64,000 nucleotides of DNA from Eubacteriales bacterium (GTDB lineage: Bacteria; Bacillota; Clostridia; Oscillospirales; CAG-272). The stretch is taken from the NCBI GenBank assembly GCA_045651165.1, contig JAZRRX010000013.1, positions 71,319 through 135,318 of the forward strand, read 5' to 3'. Of this stretch, positions 59,101-64,000 are shown one piece after another; within the stretch, counting starts at the first letter, position 1, and each line of letters opens with the position of its first letter. The notes below the pieces were generated by a model, which saw nothing but the letters and a program-made list of their open reading frames with translations, searched no databases and had not been told where the DNA came from. The translations under genes were made by a program, and so were the position numbers.

Positions 59101-60035
59101 TTACCAAGAGTAATATTCACAAGGAGTGTACAGTTATAGAATGCATAATTGCCGATAACAGTAACTGTTTCGGGAAGATTAATTGTAACGATAGCAACAC
59201 AGCCGTCGAATGCGTGGTCGCCAACCTCTGTCAAACTGTTACCAAGTGTAATATTTACAAGAAGTGTACAATTATAGAAAGCATATTGACCGATTGTTGT
59301 TACAGTTTCAGGGAGATTAATAGTTACAAGAACGATACAACCCTCAAACGCGTGCTCGCCTATAACTGTAACGTTACCCTCAAAGGTAATATTCACAAGA
59401 GCCACACAACCTTTAAATGTATAACTTTCAATTTCAGTTACACCTGCAGGAATATTTATTTCAACAAGCGCAATACAATCCTTAAATACAGCACTACCGA
59501 GCTGAGTAAGTGATTCGGGAAGCTCTATTTCCACCAAAGATGAGCAACCCTCAAACGCGCCGTCTTCAATCATCTTAAGACCTTCAGGTAAAGTGATGTT
59601 TACAAGAACGGTACAATTATAGAAAGAGTATGCACCAATTCTCTCTACTGAATCAGGAATATTAATGTTAACAAGAGCAACACAGCCATAAAATGCCTCG
59701 TCTGCAATATAGGTGATTGTTTCGGGAAGTGTTACACTTACGAGCGCCGTGCAATTTTTAAAAGCACCCATACCGATACCTGTTACGGGCTTACCCTCGT
59801 ATGTATCGGGAATAACGATTTCTGTATCGGTAACATTACCCATTCCCTTTACATAATAGCTTTCACCGTCAGAATTCAAATCGAACTCAAGGCTGATAAT
59901 ATTTCCACCATCACTGGGTGAAGTTGTGGAATTGTTCTTGTTGCCACATCCTCTGAAGCTACAAGAAACGAGTGCAAGTATACAAATAAGCATTGCTACA
60001 AGCACTATTCTTTTAATAAGAAATAACTTTTTCAT
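56127..60035 (-). CDS. very large BspA-type leucine-rich repeat lipoprotein
   Basis: 1302 aa. Lipobox LVSCS. Three blocks of about 23-aa LRR_5 units (IP.SVT.IG..AF.GC..L..I). Confidence 0.88.
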   Translation of the reverse strand: MKKLFLIKRIVLVAMLICILALVSCSFRGCGNKNNSTTSPSDGGNIISLEFDLNSDGESYYVKGMGNVTDTEIVIPDTYEGKPVTGIGMGAFKNCTALVSVTLPETITYIADEAFYGCVALVNINIPDSVERIGAYSFYNCTVLVNITLPEGLKMIEDGAFEGCSSLVEIELPESLTQLGSAVFKDCIALVEINIPAGVTEIESYTFKGCVALVNITFEGNVTVIGEHAFEGCIVLVTINLPETVTTIGQYAFYNCTLLVNITLGNSLTEVGDHAFDGCVAIVTINLPETVTVIGNYAFYNCTLLVNITLGNSLVSIGDSAFENCSSIESMEFPATVTEIGEAAFRGCIVLVEINIPGGVTVIQPYTFYGCVLLVNITFGEGLLEIGDHAFDGCVVLVTINLPSSVTIIGNYAFYNCTLLVNVTLGESLTTVGNSAFENCKALENISFPSTLTSVGSSAFSGCIVLVKINLPEGVTYIGDSAFYGCVLLVEITIPSTVGSIGSSAFGGCVVLVKINFKGSISEWQSISANSGWNTTSADCTVKTNEGTVSSDGTISYGSSGLEFTKNYDGESYCVSYIGNCTDTEIIIPKTHEGLPVTGIGDSAFYNCDTITSIVIPNGLIKIGNQAFMDCALLERIVIPSSVDEIGSYAFYECPKLKFVTFNANSQLKNIGSYSFQFCSSLESIIIPNSVETIWYDVFHGCTSLKNVTLGSSLVEIKERAFYGCSSLVSITIPNSVKTMGDAIFEGCTALDSIVIPDSVTSLGGAMFYRCTSLKNVTLGNGITEIASYYYNPYSGMFQGCTSLESIVIPESVTMIGQNTFNGCTSLKSIVIPASVTTIGEYAFYGCDALSTITFKGDIPKYLYGDIKNLTTIILEEGVTKVQNLSACNKLTTIHIPSSVTSIENYAFNACVGLENVIFAENSQLTTIGDYAFLSCTALQNIIIPNSVTTIGASAFNGCTALQSVIFEENSQLTKIAELAFNGCNSLESIVLPDSLTTLTGGTFNGCTSLKNVVLSRNLKDLASYSYRDYYTGNTIYTGTFQGCSALESIVIPDTVTSIGSKAFSGCRSLTSITIPSSVKSIGNQAFYGCNSISTVYYNGEIDTFLKANFFASIASDDFKGADLYLKGELLTEVVIPDSVTSIPNYAFYKCKSITSVTMSDSVTSIGEEAFRGCTSLETVVISDSVIYISNYAFYGCTALENVTLGSSLSTINKSAFGGCTSLKEITIPESVTYIGHYAFRGCTLLESVAFEHPTGWRIYYYYSYNGKHENEYTSFENAKSAAKLLQTEFLQGTMEFRRTAS

Positions 60036-60238
60036 ATTTCTATACCTTCACGTTTAAGCCCGTCGGCAAGTTTGTGTTCATTATAGCACAACAAAAATAT
60101 AATGTCAAACAAAAATAGAAATTTTCGGTCGACAAAATTATTTTTTTCATAAAATTCTATTGACAAGATATTTCTTTAGTGATATACTTTCTCCTTGGTT
60201 TGCGTTTTAAAAATATTAATTATAATAGGTAGGTTTAT

Positions 60239-61411
60239 ATGAATATATCATCTCCTGCACAGCGTCATCATCATTTTGATGTATTTAAACTGTTGCATGA
60301 ACTCCAATCGAAATTTATCGATTTTGCATCAAAAAATTTTGTGCTTGTAATTGCGGCAACCTTGGCGATTGCCTCATGCTTTGTGATTAAACCCGATGTG
60401 CAATATATTGAATATTTCGATTTCAAAACACTTACATGTCTTTTCTGTACACTTGCAGTTATCTGCGCACTCAAAAATATTAGATTTTTCACAATTACAG
60501 CTAAAAAAATAGTTACCCTCACAGGTAACACTCGTTCACTTGCTTTGGCTCTTGTGTATATAACCTTTATCGGCTCAATGTTCCTTGCCAATGATATGGC
60601 ACTTTTGACATTCTTACCCTTAGGTTATCTTTCGCTTTCTGCCACAAACAAGGAAAAATATATGGCTCCAATATTCATTATTCAGAATATTGCCGCTAAC
60701 CTTGGTGGTATGTTAACTCCCTTTGGCAATCCCCAAAACCTCTATATTTACACTAAGTTCAACATTCCCACATTAGAGTTTATGGGAATAATGCTACTTC
60801 CCTTCGTTTTGTCAATTATACTTTTCACCGCGGGGTGCTTGTTTATCCCCAAAGAAAGTCTTACACTTGAAAATGAAGAAAAAGAGAAAATTGCTCCCAA
60901 AAAGACTGCGTTTTATCTTGTTCTCTTCGCCATAACAATTTTGATGGTATTTAGAGTTATCCCCTATTATATCTGCCTGCCAATAATTTTGATTTCAATT
61001 TTGGCAACGGACAAAAATGCGCTTACAAAGGTTGACTATCCTTTGCTTTTGACCTTTGCTTGCTTCTTCTTGCTAGCAGGTAACGTATCAAGAATTGAAG
61101 CCGTAAACGTTTTCTTTTCTAACTTGCTTGAAAAGAATACACTTTTAACAAGTATATTCTCTTGCCAAATTATAAGTAATGTTCCCTCTGCAATTTTGCT
61201 CTCTGAATTCACAGGAAATTATCGCGAATTGCTACTCGGTGTTAACATCGGTGGTGTTGGTACTCTCATTTCCTCTCTTGCAAGTCTAATTACCTTCCGT
61301 GAATATACATCCCACGTTAAAGGTAAGACATTGCAATATCTTGGGCTTTTCACAGCGCTTAATTTTGGATTTCTTATCGTCCTTGCGACAACAACAATGT
61401 TGTTTTTATAA
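60239..61411 (+). CDS. ArsB/NhaD-superfamily (citrate-transporter-like) permease
   Basis: 390 aa, about 10 TM. Motifs NIAANLGGMLTPFGNPQNL and NIGGVGTLISSLASL are typical of this anion-permease fold. Confidence 0.7.
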   Translation: MNISSPAQRHHHFDVFKLLHELQSKFIDFASKNFVLVIAATLAIASCFVIKPDVQYIEYFDFKTLTCLFCTLAVICALKNIRFFTITAKKIVTLTGNTRSLALALVYITFIGSMFLANDMALLTFLPLGYLSLSATNKEKYMAPIFIIQNIAANLGGMLTPFGNPQNLYIYTKFNIPTLEFMGIMLLPFVLSIILFTAGCLFIPKESLTLENEEKEKIAPKKTAFYLVLFAITILMVFRVIPYYICLPIILISILATDKNALTKVDYPLLLTFACFFLLAGNVSRIEAVNVFFSNLLEKNTLLTSIFSCQIISNVPSAILLSEFTGNYRELLLGVNIGGVGTLISSLASLITFREYTSHVKGKTLQYLGLFTALNFGFLIVLATTTMLFL

Positions 61412-61542
61412 TAAAACAGATATAATAACTCCCAAGGAATTGCCTTGGGAGTATTTCTTTCTTTAGTATGGAAACAGAAAAACCACGGCTCGTTTGAACC
61501 GTGGTTTTTATTTATTATATTATTATCTCGACAGATTGGAAT

Positions 61543-62100
61543 TTAACAAGCTCCTAGAAATTCATCTATTTTTGCTAAAATATCTTTATCTGTTTGATAA
61601 GAAAAATCGTCAGCGTTAATATATATGATGTTGCCAATAATTTCTTCTGATCTTGAATATTCAGCATAACTTTTAAAATCATCAAAAATATCTAATGTTG
61701 TACTTAAATGTACGGGATGTCTATTTTCATTTTGTGCTCGATTTATATATCTTTTATGCAAAACCTCAACATCACCTCGAAGAACAAGTGTAAGTACTTC
61801 ATAATTATATTCAAATGCTATTTTATGTAATCTTTCCAACTCTGTTGTGTGGAAATTTGATTCTAAAATAAGATTTTTACTTAATTTTCCAAACTCCGAA
61901 AAAATAAATAACATCAATTCCATTGATACATTAGATAATCTTTTGTTTTCTTCTCTATTTGAAAAGCCAATATTATCTCCCAGTATTTCTTTAATCGAAT
62001 CCTTAAAAAACACATTTGTATCGTATCTTTGGGATAGAATATTTGCAAATGTTGATTTACCTGTTGCTAAATCTCCCGTAATCAATAAAAGTTTTCTCAT
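61543..62100 (-). CDS. P-loop kinase-like protein (AAA_33/zeta-toxin-like fold class)
   Basis: Walker A GDLATGKST near the N-terminus. 185 aa. The gene is AT-rich relative to its neighbours by eye. Confidence 0.6.
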   Translation of the reverse strand: MRKLLLITGDLATGKSTFANILSQRYDTNVFFKDSIKEILGDNIGFSNREENKRLSNVSMELMLFIFSEFGKLSKNLILESNFHTTELERLHKIAFEYNYEVLTLVLRGDVEVLHKRYINRAQNENRHPVHLSTTLDIFDDFKSYAEYSRSEEIIGNIIYINADDFSYQTDKDILAKIDEFLGAC

Positions 62101-64000
62101 AAATCACCTCATCAAATTCAAGTTTAACTAACAGTAAGATTATAACACAAATTTATGAGGAAGTAAATAGGACGGCCTGGACTTTCACTCCCCCACCCTA
62201 TTTTTACTAAAATATTTTGAGTTTAAATTTTCTTACGAAAACCGTCAAAGCTTTCGTCAGAATCTCTCTGCGAGAGACTGAATGTGAATGCTACGAGGAC
62301 TTCGGATAAAGTTTAAGAAGAAAAAGCCAATAAAAAAGCACCGCTTTTGCGGTGCTTTTCTCTTGGCTCCCCACCAAGTAGATTGTACGAACCGGATTTT
62401 TTTGAAAAGGCAGAGTCGATCTGCCTTTCTATTTCTGTAATAGTCTCGGTATTTATTGTATGAGGTTCAACTATATCAGTAAAATTATAAGTAATTATAA
62501 CCTTATCAGGATATAATATGACCTCGCGCACAAAAGTGTTAACTATTACCTTTTGTATCTTAATATCTTCCGTATTTTCAAACACCTTGCTTTTTAAGTA
62601 TTCCTCAATTCCTTCTATAGTAAGATAAGTATAATTGCGTTGTTTTTCGCGTTCTATGTCAAAGTCGTATTGCATAATTTCAGTTTCGAGCTCTCTTAAT
62701 CGGTTCTTGGTCATTTCTGTAATAATTCCCTGCTCGATGGCTTTAATAAGATTGTTACTTGCCTTGACTGCTTCATCACGTTTCTTCATAAGCAATTTCA
62801 AATTGCTATTATCGTTACTCTCTTTTTCGTGCAGTTTGAAAATCGATTCTGCTATCATACGGATGTTTTCGGGAGTCTTTAACATCTTCGTAGTAGCATT
62901 AACTACCAGATCTTCAAGATAGTGTTTGTGTACTGCTTTTATATCACAAGGTTTCTTTCTGCGGCGACGTGTTAAACATATGTAGTAATAATGTATATTT
63001 CCGTTTCTGCTAGTTCCACTTTCGCCACTCATTTTGTGTTTACAGTTTCCACATACAAGCTTACCTGAAAGTATATAATCGTATATTTCTTTTTTGCGGC
63101 TTGGTGCAATTTTATTTGCTTCATTAATTGCCTGTACTGCATACCAAAGTTCGTCGGAAATAATACGAGGAAAGATATTATCGTAAACAACTCCGTGATG
63201 CTCTACCATGCCCGTATAGCGTTTATTATGTAATATGTAATAAACGTGCTTTTCATTCAGCAATTTTCCGTCTTTTCTACGAATACCTCTTTCTTGCAAA
63301 TCCCTTACAATTGCGCGTGCTTTATATCCTTGAGTGTATTTTGTAAATACTTCAACGACTATTGCGGCTTCGTATTCATTAATTACATATTTCTTATTTA
63401 CAACATCATAACCGAAAATGGGATAACCACCAGTAGTATTTCCCTTTATCCAGCTTTCACGAATACCTCTATTTACTTTTTGAGAAAGTTCTTCTGAATA
63501 GTATTGGTTAAAACCTTCAAGCAAAGCTTCCATAAGCGTACCCTCGGGACTATCGGGAATCTGCTCCATAGCCGATAACAACTTAACACCGTTGTCCTTT
63601 AGGGTCTTTTTATGGATAACTGACTCGTACTTATTACGAGAAAAACGGTCGAGCTTATATACAATAACGTAATCCCATTGTCTTTTTGCACTGTCCTTCA
63701 ACATACACTGAAAATCAAGACGGTTATCGTTAGTGCCGGTCATAGCTCTGTCTATGTAGGTATCGAGAATTAGAATATCGTGATCCTTTGCATATTTTTG
63801 ACAAACCCTGAGCTGACCTTCAATAGACTGCTCTGTTTGAGCATCGCTCGAATATCTTGCGTAAATAACTGCTGTTTTCATTATTTCTACTCCTTTTTCT
63901 TAAATTTATCTTTCGACAACTCGGAGCAATCAGAAATCGGTGCAGTCTGTCAAGGAAAAAGGAAAAAATATTGCGTGAAAATATTCCTCTTTAATTGTTT
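62101..64000. mobile_element. edge of a putative integrated element marked by the serine recombinase (extent unknown, runs off the window)
   Basis: Only the recombinase is visible, and possibly the AT-rich P-loop gene to the left. No att sites could be identified. Confidence 0.3.
62313..63881 (-). CDS. large serine recombinase
   Basis: Resolvase catalytic domain AVIYARYSSDAQ with the Ser nucleophile, recombinase domain, zinc ribbon CGNCKHKM...YYICLTRRRRKKPC, and a coiled coil. Confidence 0.9.
   Translation of the reverse strand: MKTAVIYARYSSDAQTEQSIEGQLRVCQKYAKDHDILILDTYIDRAMTGTNDNRLDFQCMLKDSAKRQWDYVIVYKLDRFSRNKYESVIHKKTLKDNGVKLLSAMEQIPDSPEGTLMEALLEGFNQYYSEELSQKVNRGIRESWIKGNTTGGYPIFGYDVVNKKYVINEYEAAIVVEVFTKYTQGYKARAIVRDLQERGIRRKDGKLLNEKHVYYILHNKRYTGMVEHHGVVYDNIFPRIISDELWYAVQAINEANKIAPSRKKEIYDYILSGKLVCGNCKHKMSGESGTSRNGNIHYYYICLTRRRRKKPCDIKAVHKHYLEDLVVNATTKMLKTPENIRMIAESIFKLHEKESNDNSNLKLLMKKRDEAVKASNNLIKAIEQGIITEMTKNRLRELETEIMQYDFDIEREKQRNYTYLTIEGIEEYLKSKVFENTEDIKIQKVIVNTFVREVILYPDKVIITYNFTDIVEPHTINTETITEIERQIDSAFSKKSGSYNLLGGEPREKHRKSGAFLLAFSS

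Noticed and set aside
62364-62375. GGCTCCCCACCA considered as a tRNA 3' end / att site next to the recombinase
   Set aside because: No T-arm or other tRNA body precedes it. It lies within the recombinase ORF tail, so the match is too short to mean anything on its own.

Overview
This is a 64-kb chromosomal segment from a low-GC Gram-positive anaerobe, most likely a spore-forming member of the Clostridia. The signs are a type-A RNase P RNA, T-box and TPP leaders, a CwlD-like amidase, BspA-type LRR surface proteins and AGGAGG-type ribosome binding sites. All homology calls come from motifs read by eye in the translated ORFs; no database search was run. Most of the window is housekeeping: PFK, GAPDH and class II FBP aldolase; the rpmG-secE-nusG-rplK-rplA block; radA, ruvX, rny and dut; cysE-cysS behind a Cys T-box; aspS; trkAH; copA; RNase P RNA; and three tRNAs. 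Accessory content includes two large LRR lipoproteins, a GH2 glycosidase with an MFS transporter, and an ECF-type sigma/anti-sigma operon with a Cys-rich lipoprotein. The most interesting candidates come first. (1) A cluster linked to a two-component system at 24.5-29.6 kb: a VTC-like triphosphate-tunnel protein, a DUF4956-like membrane protein and a secreted beta-helix lipoprotein. It looks like a bacterial counterpart of the eukaryotic VTC polyphosphate synthase/translocase, and I know of no assigned function. (2) A translationally coupled operon at 22.0-24.1 kb: a DUF5685-like Cys-motif protein, a J-domain protein ending in a cysteine string (11 Cys in the last 28 residues), and a membrane protein. 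(3) A tRNA-Ser(GGA) locus followed by two extra direct copies of the 20-21 nt tRNA 3' end, which look like integration scars, next to an AT-rich orphan gene and an ATPase-CYTH fusion with a degenerate ExExK motif. (4) A dispersed palindromic (MITE-like) repeat family with two copies, each placed just upstream of a gene. (5) A large serine recombinase at the right edge, marking a mobile element that runs out of the window. No CRISPR array, rRNA or clear prophage structural genes were seen.
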